13,868 nucleotides of DNA from assembly GCA_039630415.1 (NCBI GenBank), contig JBCNVB010000009.1:1-13868 (forward strand), read 5' to 3'. The DNA comes from a bacterium (GTDB lineage Bacteria; DRYD01). Each line of letters starts with the position of its first letter. The stretch's first letter is position 1. The translations under genes were made by a program, and so were the position numbers. Below the pieces are notes generated by a model. It worked only from the letters and a program-made list of their open reading frames with translations, was not told the origin of the DNA and searched no databases. Below, in pieces: positions 1 to 8,009 of this stretch.

Positions 1-66
1 TGGGTTTTGAGAAGGTGTAACTTCAGCACCAACTAGAGCTACTGTTATTACTAAAGGATTATCCAT
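1..66 (-). CDS. 3-keto-5-aminohexanoate cleavage enzyme / BKACE (DUF849) family protein, 5' part only (runs off the window)
   Basis: Not in the ORF track. Manual translation from the ATG at 66..64 gives MDNPLVITVALVGAEVTPSQNP, matching the Kce N-terminal pattern (LIITxAxxGAEVTxxxNP). The ATG overlaps the transketolase TGA (TGATG). Confidence 0.85.
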   Translation of the reverse strand, partial: MDNPLVITVALVGAEVTPSQNP

Positions 67-1922
67 CATATTATCTCTTTTACCTTGTTATAAATTGATA
101 GATAATCTAATCCGTGTTGATTCATTAACTCTTGTGGAGAAGCACTGCCAGGTATACTGTTTACACCTATGTTATCAAAATAATCGACATTGTATTTGTT
201 TTTTAACAAAATACTTGCTATTACTTGACCTATACCTCCGTACTCGCTATGTTCTTCAAAAACTAATATCTTTTTTACATTTCCAAGGCTTTCAATAAAA
301 TGTTTTTGATCAATAGGTTTTATTGTTAGAGCATCTATTACTCTTATGTTAATGTTTTCCTTTTCCAGTAATTCATAAGCTTTTAGTACTTGATGAATTA
401 TTACCCCAGCTGAAATAACAGCTACTTTATCTTCAGGATGTTGTTTTATAACTTTAACTTTTCCTATTTCGAATTCTTCATTTGGTTGATAAATGTTAGG
501 AGTTGATGGTCTTGATGCTCTAAAGTAAACTATACCTTCTAGATTGCCCTTCAAGTGTTCTTTTATTACTTTCTGTAGCATTTTCTGTGCACTAATTGAA
601 TCTGAAGGGTATAAAACAGTACTTTTTATTAGTGAATTAAACATTGCAATATCTTCTAGAGCCATCTGCGAAGGACCATCTTCACCTATTGATATTCCCG
701 CATGAGTACCTACAAATATTACCAAAGGTGGTTGAGAATAAACCATCATTCTTATGAAATCAAAAGCTCTAGTTAGAAAAGCACCAAAAGTTGATAAATA
801 CACTATGAATTTGTTTTTAGCTAATCCTAAAGCTGCCCCTACCATTGCTTGTTCAGCTATATGACACTGAATAAATCTCTCTGGAAACTCCTTTTGAAAG
901 TATTCAGTATAGGTTGAGTTTTTTACGTCTGCGTCTAAAACCACTATATTGCTTATTTTTTTGGCTATTTGTGTTAGTGCTTTTGGCAAAGCTTGCCTAG
1001 TTGCCATAGGCTTTGGATCTATATCTATTTCGATTTCTTCTATCGTAGACAGACCATTTGAATAGGGATATTTTGAGTAGCTTGGTTTTATTTGCATTTC
1101 TTGATTTATATCAACACCTAATTCTTGTATAGCTTTTTGTAAATCTTGGGGATCTTGGATAGGTTTACCATGCCAATTTTCTTTATCTTCCAGAAAAGAT
1201 ATTCCTTTACCCTTGTACGTTTTAGCTACTATTGCAAATGGTTTTTGTGTTCCTTGTTTGAATTTTTGATAAGCTTTTTCTATCTCTTGAATATCGTGTC
1301 CATCTATTATTTGGTATTCCCAACCAAATGCTTCTAGTCTCTTTGAGTACTGTAACAAGTCATGACCAAAAAGAGTAGGCTCACTTTGACCTAATCTATT
1401 TACATCGATGATAAGACATAAATTATTGAGGTTGTATTTAGTAGCCAGATTAAGAGCTTCGTAGTTACTACCTTCAGCAAATTCACCATCTCCGACAAGT
1501 ACGTATACTTTAGAGTTTACATTATGATATTTTCTTGCCCATGCAGAGCCTACCGCAATAGCCAATCCCTGTCCCAGAGATCCAGTTGCATAATTTATAC
1601 CCGGTAGCTTAACACTGGGATGTCCTTCAAGAGGGCTACCCAGTTTTCTCAAGCTTAAAAGATCATGGTAGATTATACCTACTTTTTTGTAGATTGAATA
1701 CAGAAGGGGTGCAGCATGACCTTTTGAAAGAATAAATTCGTCATGATATATTTGAGGATAATTCTGAGGTTCAAAAACAAGGTATTTGAAAAATAACGTT
1801 GCAACTAACTCAACAGCTGATAGGCAAGTAGTTGGGTGACCAGAACCGGCAGCATAAGTACTTTCTATTATGTCCCTTCTAATTTGCTTGCATATCTCTA
1901 TCAGACTAGAGGTACTGATCAT
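66..1922 (-). CDS. tkt: Transketolase, single-chain, animal-TKT-like subtype
   Basis: Motifs SGHPT, LSKGHAAP, LEGHP, ATGSLGQG, ThDP-binding GDGE...DVNRLGQS, IAEQAMVG and THAGISIGEDGPSQMALED. SD GGGAGG lies just upstream of the ATG. Confidence 0.95.
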   Translation of the reverse strand: MISTSSLIEICKQIRRDIIESTYAAGSGHPTTCLSAVELVATLFFKYLVFEPQNYPQIYHDEFILSKGHAAPLLYSIYKKVGIIYHDLLSLRKLGSPLEGHPSVKLPGINYATGSLGQGLAIAVGSAWARKYHNVNSKVYVLVGDGEFAEGSNYEALNLATKYNLNNLCLIIDVNRLGQSEPTLFGHDLLQYSKRLEAFGWEYQIIDGHDIQEIEKAYQKFKQGTQKPFAIVAKTYKGKGISFLEDKENWHGKPIQDPQDLQKAIQELGVDINQEMQIKPSYSKYPYSNGLSTIEEIEIDIDPKPMATRQALPKALTQIAKKISNIVVLDADVKNSTYTEYFQKEFPERFIQCHIAEQAMVGAALGLAKNKFIVYLSTFGAFLTRAFDFIRMMVYSQPPLVIFVGTHAGISIGEDGPSQMALEDIAMFNSLIKSTVLYPSDSISAQKMLQKVIKEHLKGNLEGIVYFRASRPSTPNIYQPNEEFEIGKVKVIKQHPEDKVAVISAGVIIHQVLKAYELLEKENINIRVIDALTIKPIDQKHFIESLGNVKKILVFEEHSEYGGIGQVIASILLKNKYNVDYFDNIGVNSIPGSASPQELMNQHGLDYLSIYNKVKEII

Positions 1923-2019
1923 TTTTTCCTCCCGAATTCTTTTTTTTAGATTATTCTATATCACAAATTTTCATACCTCTACAAATCCCGCAATAGATAA
2001 AGTAAGTTATTGTTTCATT

Positions 2020-2113
2020 TTTGTTAATTTGTAAGTTTCGCTATGTAAAAAAAAATGTAAAAAATTGGTTAGAATCTTTTTAAAAAAGAAAAGCACGGCC
2101 TATTTTATAGGTG
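2020..2113 (+). promoter_or_regulatory. Putative promoter and activator-binding array for ORF 2154..3077 (copy A of a shared motif)
   Basis: TTTGTTAATTTGTAAGTTT (2020-2038), TGT-A9-TGTAA (2044-2060), TTTA(2079-2082)-N15-GCCTATTTTATAGGTG (2098-2113). A parallel arrangement occurs at 11575-11661 on the minus strand. Confidence 0.55.
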
Positions 2114-2153
2114 CAAGATTAAGAAGAATGTCCCCAAAAGGGAGGGGGAGTGT

Positions 2154-3077
2154 ATGACTTATATTTACGGGTCTGATAACCCAATTAGTAGGTTTCCTGG
2201 TAACATTTATCATGGAAGAATCCATAAATCTCCGAGTGCAATTCCTTCCAAACCTGGTACAATCCCTAAAAACCCAGCTATTGATAATGAAAAACCAACG
2301 ATAACACGTCCGCTTTTGATTATTAGTGGGGACTTGATCAAAGAATTAGAAAAAGCAGCAGGTAAAGAAGAAAATGAAGAGACTAATCAAACCAATCAAA
2401 CCAACCAAAATAATCAAGCAAACCAGGCTAGCGATAATAAAAGTCAAAAACCTAGGATTGATATGCAAAAAGTAAGAGAACAACTAGAAAAAATCATTAG
2501 AGAAGTAGTTATTCCGAAAATATCAGAAGCTATAACAAAATTTATTCAATCCCTGAAGGATATTATAATAAAATCCGTATCAGCAACAATTAAAGCTTTA
2601 GCAGGTCCTTTAGGAGATGTGCTTTCAAGAGCAGCAGATACAATTTCAAACATAGCTGATCTCATAGATAGTTTTCTTACTAATGGCGCAAGTAAAATTA
2701 AGAAAATTGTAGGGAATAAGTTAATCAGTAGTTTAGATAAGATTGTTTCGGTAGTAGTAGAAGCTGCCAAAATACTAGAAGATGGCAAAGTAAAATTACA
2801 CGAAGTTGTTCAGGCAGTAAGTAGTTTTGGGATTGAAATGGTAGGAGGTTTAATAGGATCAACTATAGGAGGAGCAATAGGATCCTTCATTGGAGGTGTA
2901 GCAGGAGGAGTAACAGCACTAGTAGCAGGCCCGGTTGGAGCAGCTGTGGGGTCAATTATAGGATCTTTTGTTGGAGAAAAATTTGGAGACTGGATGGCTC
3001 CAAAAATTGCTCAATTTTTCGGAGAAGATAGGGTCCTAATAGATTTCACAAAAGCGGCACCTGCTGGAGCTAAATGA
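2154..3077 (+). CDS. Hypothetical protein: Pro-rich disordered N-terminus, N/Q linker, amphipathic helices and a C-terminal glycine-zipper hydrophobic region
   Basis: 307-aa ORF with strong SD GGAGGGGGAG (2141-2150). GxxxG run GGLIGSTIGGAIGSFIGGVAGGVTALVAGPVGAAVGSIIGSFVGEKFG. No classical signal peptide visible. Confidence 0.85.
   Translation: MTYIYGSDNPISRFPGNIYHGRIHKSPSAIPSKPGTIPKNPAIDNEKPTITRPLLIISGDLIKELEKAAGKEENEETNQTNQTNQNNQANQASDNKSQKPRIDMQKVREQLEKIIREVVIPKISEAITKFIQSLKDIIIKSVSATIKALAGPLGDVLSRAADTISNIADLIDSFLTNGASKIKKIVGNKLISSLDKIVSVVVEAAKILEDGKVKLHEVVQAVSSFGIEMVGGLIGSTIGGAIGSFIGGVAGGVTALVAGPVGAAVGSIIGSFVGEKFGDWMAPKIAQFFGEDRVLIDFTKAAPAGAK
2382..2426 (+). repeat. In-frame 9-bp imperfect tandem repeat x5 (TNQ-TNQ-TNQ-NNQ-ANQ)
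   Basis: ACTAATCAA ACCAATCAA ACCAACCAA AATAATCAA GCAAACCAG. Confidence 0.85.
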
Positions 3078-3083
3078 CTGATA

Positions 3084-3157
3084 GGTGGAGCCGAGGGGAT
3101 TTGAACCCCTGACCTTCTCGGTGCAAACGAGACGCTCTCCCGCTGAGCTACGACCCC
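3084..3157 (-). tRNA. tRNA-Ala (anticodon TGC)
   Basis: The reverse complement folds as GGGGTCG TA GCTC AGCGGGA GAGC G TCTCG TT-TGC-AC CGAGA AGGTC AGGGG TTCAAAT CCCCT CGGCTCC A CC. It has the G3:U70 alanine identity pair and discriminator A. The genome reads CC then T, not CCA. Confidence 0.97.
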
Positions 3158-3176
3158 TCATACATACTATTAAACA

Positions 3177-4226
3177 CTACCTCACCAATCCCTTCTCAAA
3201 GATAAAAGGCTTTGAGTAACATCTGTTCTCCAAAACAATATAATCTATAAGACTAGCTGGTGTTATATCGAAAGATGGATTATAAACATCATACTCTTCC
3301 CTTGTTATATAACTATTTTTGAACTTTATTACTTCTTCTTTATTCCTTTGTTCTGGTTCAAAGTTTTCAAGATTAGGTAAATTATAATCTATGGAGCTAC
3401 TGGGGGCTGCAACAATAAAGGGAATTTGATAGTGTCTACACAAAACAGCTAAATTTAGTGTTCCTATTTTATTTGCAGTATCTCCATTTAGAGCTATTCT
3501 ATCTGCTCCAACACATACAACATCCACATATCCTTTTGAAATAACATATGCAGCTGAGTTGTCGGTTATTATCTTAAATTCTATACCTTCTTTATCAAGT
3601 TCCCATGCAGTTAGTCTACTTCCTTGAAGATATGGTCTAGTCTCATCAACCCAAACAAATACTTTACCACCTACTTTTGACAATTGTTGATGAGTGTACT
3701 TTATTATTCCCAGTGCAGTACCTAACCCAATTGTAGCTAAGGATCCAGTATTACAGTGCGTCAGAAAATTTACACTTTTTGTTTCAGATATTTTACTTAA
3801 AATTTTCGACAATAACTCATAACCATTCCTGGAGATATTTAGATTTTTGGTTTCTTCAGAGTGTATTATATCCAATATGAACTTTTTAATTAAGCTTTTG
3901 TACTCAGAAGAACTACCCGTATTGTTTTTTGAGAGTAGATTTTGAAGCTGATTGAAGTAATTAAAGATATTTACTGCGGTAGGTCTTGCTTGTCTTAATA
4001 AATTCATATCTTCAACGAGATTATTACCCAGATAGACCCCAATAAGCGCTACTATACCAATTAAAGGAGCTCCTCTAACTACCATATCTTTTATAACATA
4101 ATAAACATCATGCACCGTTTTTAACTCTACATATTTCTCTTCCAAGGGTAATAATCTTTGGTCTAAAACTAAAAATTGATTATTTTCAAAATCAATTATC
4201 AGATTTTTATACTCTAATTTTTGCAT
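3177..4226 (-). CDS. mtnA: S-methyl-5-thioribose-1-phosphate isomerase
   Basis: Motifs LDQRLLP, MVVRGAPLIG, RPTAVN, LTHCNTGSLAT, DETRPYLQGSRLTAWEL, GADRIALNGDTANKIGT and NPSFDITP. The ATG at 4226 is preferred over the upstream TTG at 4250 used by the ORF track; the start is uncertain. Confidence 0.93.
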   Translation of the reverse strand: MQKLEYKNLIIDFENNQFLVLDQRLLPLEEKYVELKTVHDVYYVIKDMVVRGAPLIGIVALIGVYLGNNLVEDMNLLRQARPTAVNIFNYFNQLQNLLSKNNTGSSSEYKSLIKKFILDIIHSEETKNLNISRNGYELLSKILSKISETKSVNFLTHCNTGSLATIGLGTALGIIKYTHQQLSKVGGKVFVWVDETRPYLQGSRLTAWELDKEGIEFKIITDNSAAYVISKGYVDVVCVGADRIALNGDTANKIGTLNLAVLCRHYQIPFIVAAPSSSIDYNLPNLENFEPEQRNKEEVIKFKNSYITREEYDVYNPSFDITPASLIDYIVLENRCYSKPFIFEKGLVR

Positions 4227-4337
4227 GCTGTTTATATATTTTACATTCAAATAATTTTACCTTGCTTGAAAGCCTACACTCCATAAAACTTAGGGTATAA
4301 GAAGGTAAAGCATTAGATCAAAGAAAATTGTATTATT

Positions 4338-5549
4338 ATGAAAAATGAAATGATAGAGAAAATAATAGCTAATACTCAGGAAGTGATAGAAGTAGAAGAG
4401 TTAAAGAGCAAGATAGATAGAAAGGGTAGATTAAGAGTAAAGTTAGGAATAGACCCTACAGCAAATACAATACATTTAGGTTTTGCTGTAGTTTTGAGGA
4501 AATTCAGATTATTCCAGGATTTGGGTCATGAGACTTACCTGATTTTAGGAGACTTTACAGCCCTAATTGGGGATCCTTCGGGTAGAAATAAAACTAGACC
4601 AATGCTTTCAAAAGAAGAAATCCAAGAAAATTTGAAAACCTACATTCCTCAATTGGGAAAAATAATTGATATATCAAAAACAAAAATAGTATACAATTCC
4701 TCTTGGTTATCAAAATTAACACCAGAACAAATAGTAAGACTATCTTCTAAATATACACTAGCTCAAATGCTAGAAAGAGAAGACTTTAAAAACAGATATA
4801 GATCAAATGAGCCAATATCTCTGCATGAACTACTTTATCCTTTATTCCAAGCTTACGATAGTGTAGAGTTGCAAGCAGATGTAGAATTAGGAGGAATAGA
4901 TCAAAAATTTAATTTCATAGTTACCAGGTACATTCAACAGAGTTTCAATCAAGAGCCAGAAGTAGCGGTTATGATGCCAATTCTAGAAGGTACCGACGGT
5001 ATTAATAAAATGAGCAAATCATTGGGTAATTATATAGGAATAGATGATGAACCAAATGATATGTTCATTAAAATAATGTCCATTCCAGATAACCTAATTA
5101 GAAGATATTTTGAATTATGTACCAATCTTCCACAAGAGACGATTCAAAAGATTATTGACCTAAATCCAAATCCTAGGGATAGTAAGCTAATCTTAGCAAG
5201 GGAAATAGTAAGCATATATCATGGGGAAGAAAAATCACAAAAAGCATATGAGGAATTTATAAACGTTTATTCTAAAAGAGAGTTACCTTCCGAAATACCA
5301 CAGTTCAAAATCCCCCGTTACATAATAGACCAAGAAAACAACCTAAACTTAGTAGAATTATTATACAGCGTGGGTATAGTAGAAAGTAAATCTGAAGCCA
5401 AAAGGCTTCTAGCACAAGGAGGAATATATATTAACGGCAATAGAGTATCCTCAAAAACAATAAAGTACAGCCATCCCCTAATTATAAGAATAGGAAAGTT
5501 TGATTATTACAGTTTAGTACTGGAAGATGAATCTCTTCACAGCTCCTAA
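4338..5549 (+). CDS. tyrS: Tyrosine--tRNA ligase
   Basis: KLGIDPTANTIHLGF (HIGH variant), GDFTALIGDPSG, YPLFQAYDSV, ELGGIDQKFN, KMSKSLGN, and a C-terminal S4-like domain (SKSEAKRLLAQGGIYING). Confidence 0.97.
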   Translation: MKNEMIEKIIANTQEVIEVEELKSKIDRKGRLRVKLGIDPTANTIHLGFAVVLRKFRLFQDLGHETYLILGDFTALIGDPSGRNKTRPMLSKEEIQENLKTYIPQLGKIIDISKTKIVYNSSWLSKLTPEQIVRLSSKYTLAQMLEREDFKNRYRSNEPISLHELLYPLFQAYDSVELQADVELGGIDQKFNFIVTRYIQQSFNQEPEVAVMMPILEGTDGINKMSKSLGNYIGIDDEPNDMFIKIMSIPDNLIRRYFELCTNLPQETIQKIIDLNPNPRDSKLILAREIVSIYHGEEKSQKAYEEFINVYSKRELPSEIPQFKIPRYIIDQENNLNLVELLYSVGIVESKSEAKRLLAQGGIYINGNRVSSKTIKYSHPLIIRIGKFDYYSLVLEDESLHSS

Positions 5550-6114
5550 AGTATTCTCTTCCATATCTAGTTTGACAATACCAGAATATATATACATTCT
5601 TAACTACACCAAAGAATTAATCAAAAAGTATGATCAAGGATTGCTAGACAATACACTTATAAACTATCCCATATTGGTTTTGGAGTTGTCAAAACACGAA
5701 TCTTTGCAGATAGTAGTTAACATTATTCAAAACATAAGTTTTTTTTGTAGAAAGATGGTTAATTTGTCCTTTATACCAGCAATACAAGATATTTATAAAC
5801 TTGTATTTGTAGTTGATCTCGATGGTAATTTTTATAATCTTAAAGCTGAGAATATTATCTACATAAATAGAGAGACTTTATCAGTATTTTTAGGCTTATC
5901 ATATTTTATAGATAGTTTAGAGTCGGATACTTATGATAAGATTGATCTACCAGTAGATCATTCAATAATTAGCCAAATTGTTTCATTGATCTATGAGAAG
6001 AAGGAATATTTGAAAATAGAAGAAAATATTGAATTAGAGCGTAGATACCTATCGTATAAAAGTGTAATGTTTTTAATGCTCGGAACGTCCATAATCATGA
6101 TTAGGAAAGTATGA
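5527..6114 (+). CDS. Hypothetical protein, possibly a highly degenerate and internally deleted ornithine/aspartate carbamoyltransferase-fold protein
   Basis: 195-aa ORF overlapping tyrS by 23 bp and prfA by ATGA. The N- and C-terminal segments resemble OTCase termini by eye, but the catalytic STRT and HPxQ motifs are absent. Confidence refers to it being a CDS; the family call is much weaker. Confidence 0.7.
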   Translation: MNLFTAPKVFSSISSLTIPEYIYILNYTKELIKKYDQGLLDNTLINYPILVLELSKHESLQIVVNIIQNISFFCRKMVNLSFIPAIQDIYKLVFVVDLDGNFYNLKAENIIYINRETLSVFLGLSYFIDSLESDTYDKIDLPVDHSIISQIVSLIYEKKEYLKIEENIELERRYLSYKSVMFLMLGTSIIMIRKV

Positions 6115-7202
6115 ATGAGATTCTTCTAAAAATATATCAAACCAGAAAAAATTCTTTAGAAAAACTCGAAGAAAAAATAAATCAAATAGATGACTTTACC
6201 AGCGAAAATTATATAAAGCTTATAAAAGAGAAGAATGCCGCTCAAGAATATGTTGATCTTTTCGAAAAGTATAGAAGAAAAATTCAAGATATCCAAGATG
6301 CAGAGGAACTTATAAAAACAGAGAAAGATCAAGAAATGAGAAAATTTTATCAAGAGGAAATAGAAAAACTTTCCACAGAGATGAAAGAGATAGAGAATCA
6401 ACTATGGAATTTGGTTGTAGAAGAAGAGGAAGAGGATAGTAGAAATGTAATAGTAGAGATTAGAGCAGGTACAGGAGGAGAAGAAGCAGCCTTATTCGCA
6501 GCAGATTTGTTTAGAATGTACCAAAAATTCGCAGATAAAATGAAATTTAAAATAGAAATTCTAAGTACTAACTACACTGATCTAGGTGGAATAAAGGAAA
6601 TTTCATTTTTAGTTAGTGGTAAAAATGCTTATAAAATTTTTAAGTATGAAAGTGGAACCCATAGGGTACAAAGAGTTCCAATAACAGAGGCAAGTGGGAG
6701 AATTCACACATCTACAGCTACCGTAATTGTCCTACCAGAAATTGAAGAAAAAGAGGTAGTAATAAGAGATGATGAGATAGAGATGGAAACTTTTAAAGCT
6801 GGAGGGCCAGGAGGCCAAAATGTAAATAAAAACGAATGTGCAGTAAGATTAAGACATTTACCAACAGGAATAGTGGTAACCTGTGCAGACGAAAGAAGTC
6901 TTCATCAAAATAAACTTAAAGCTCTCAAAATACTACGAGCTAAAATAGTACAACTACAAAAAGAAAAACAGGAAGAAGAAATTCAAAAACAGAGAAGACA
7001 ACAAGTAAAAACAGGTGACAGAAGTGAAAAAATCAGAACCTATAATTTCCCCCAAAATAGAGTGACGGATCACAGAGTAAACCTAACTATTCAAAACTTA
7101 GAATACATCCTAGAAGGAAATCTAGAACCAATAATTCAAGAACTTCAAAAAGCTGAAATTTTCAAAAAAATACAAGAAATCAAGGAAAAGATAGAAACTT
7201 AA
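6111..7202 (+). CDS. prfA: Peptide chain release factor 1
   Basis: EIRAGTGGEEAALFA, KYESGTHRVQRVP-I-TE (RF1-type PxT), GPGGQNVN, GDRSEKIRTYNFPQNRVTDHR. Confidence 0.97.
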   Translation: MNEILLKIYQTRKNSLEKLEEKINQIDDFTSENYIKLIKEKNAAQEYVDLFEKYRRKIQDIQDAEELIKTEKDQEMRKFYQEEIEKLSTEMKEIENQLWNLVVEEEEEDSRNVIVEIRAGTGGEEAALFAADLFRMYQKFADKMKFKIEILSTNYTDLGGIKEISFLVSGKNAYKIFKYESGTHRVQRVPITEASGRIHTSTATVIVLPEIEEKEVVIRDDEIEMETFKAGGPGGQNVNKNECAVRLRHLPTGIVVTCADERSLHQNKLKALKILRAKIVQLQKEKQEEEIQKQRRQQVKTGDRSEKIRTYNFPQNRVTDHRVNLTIQNLEYILEGNLEPIIQELQKAEIFKKIQEIKEKIET

Positions 7203-7205
7203 AAA

Positions 7206-8009
7206 ATGGAAATACAAGTTTTCAAAAAATTTGCTCAAAAGTTCCCGGAATACTACAAGATAAAAAACCCGAACTTTCTCATAATGACCAAATACTATTT
7301 ACGAAAACCAACATTTAAATACCTATGGTACCTGTTTTACAAGAATCCCTTGAGAATACTTTATAATCTTTTTGTGAATGTTTTACCTTTACTGGTTTGG
7401 GAATTATTCAAAAAATTAATGAACGGGAACTCAAAGATAGATTCATATGCGGATATAGGTAAAGAAAAGCTTATAGATTATTTTAGTAAGGGTCAGGGTT
7501 TTATTACTATAAGTTATTGTCAAAAGCCGTTTAAGTGCCCAGATGGTAGATTTTCTACCAAATGTACTGCTAAATATGATGTATGTCAGTCCTGTTTCTT
7601 ATCAAAAATCAAGGCTAGAGCTGATCAACTAGGACTGGATTACTACATAGTTCTTGGAGATTATGACAGCGTTTGGAATATACTTAAAAACCAGTTTCTT
7701 AAGCGTAAACATGGTGGATATGTTTTGACAGTTTGTGTTATGGTTCTAAATGTAATTAAGTACTTGTCACCTCTATTTGGTTTTAGGGGTTTAATAGTGC
7801 CTTTTACAAAGGGCGAATGTAAAACTTTAGCAGCTTACGAACTAGCAGAGTTTGGATATAAAAACGTTGAAACTGACATTTCAGACAAGAATAAAAACCT
7901 TTTACTTGAAATCTTAGATCAAGCAATAAAAAAGAAATATTCGATGAATTTCGAAAAAACAGGAGGTAACTATGAAAAACAATTCACTCAAATTCAAATT
8001 ACTAACTAA
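7206..8009 (+). CDS. Cys-rich putative metal-binding protein, DUF116-like
   Basis: Pattern SYCQKPFKCP..KC..CQSCFLSKIKARADQLGLDYYIVLG..LTVC..GECKT resembles the DUF116 Cys arrangement. A hydrophobic N-terminal segment is present. Confidence 0.65.
   Translation: MEIQVFKKFAQKFPEYYKIKNPNFLIMTKYYLRKPTFKYLWYLFYKNPLRILYNLFVNVLPLLVWELFKKLMNGNSKIDSYADIGKEKLIDYFSKGQGFITISYCQKPFKCPDGRFSTKCTAKYDVCQSCFLSKIKARADQLGLDYYIVLGDYDSVWNILKNQFLKRKHGGYVLTVCVMVLNVIKYLSPLFGFRGLIVPFTKGECKTLAAYELAEFGYKNVETDISDKNKNLLLEILDQAIKKKYSMNFEKTGGNYEKQFTQIQITN

Noticed and set aside
95-1337. Short plus-strand ORFs 95..298 and 1146..1337
   Set aside because: They are antisense shadows inside transketolase, with no RBS or recognisable motifs.
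2079-2105. Firm sigma28 (FliA) promoter call
   Set aside because: The match to TAAA-N15-GCCGATAA is only partial in both copies, so it is kept as a hypothesis within the shared-motif finding.
1923-3157. Integrated mobile element at tRNA-Ala
   Set aside because: There is no integrase or transposase, and I found no duplicated tRNA 3' end in 1923-2153.
4227-4337. T-box or SAM riboswitch upstream of tyrS or mtnA
   Set aside because: The divergent intergenic region is only about 110 bp, with no T-box consensus or stable stems. Sigma70 boxes were too weak to call.
6111-7202. prfB with a programmed frameshift
   Set aside because: The ORF is continuous, has the RF1-type PxT motif rather than SPF, and shows no early CTTTGA frameshift site.
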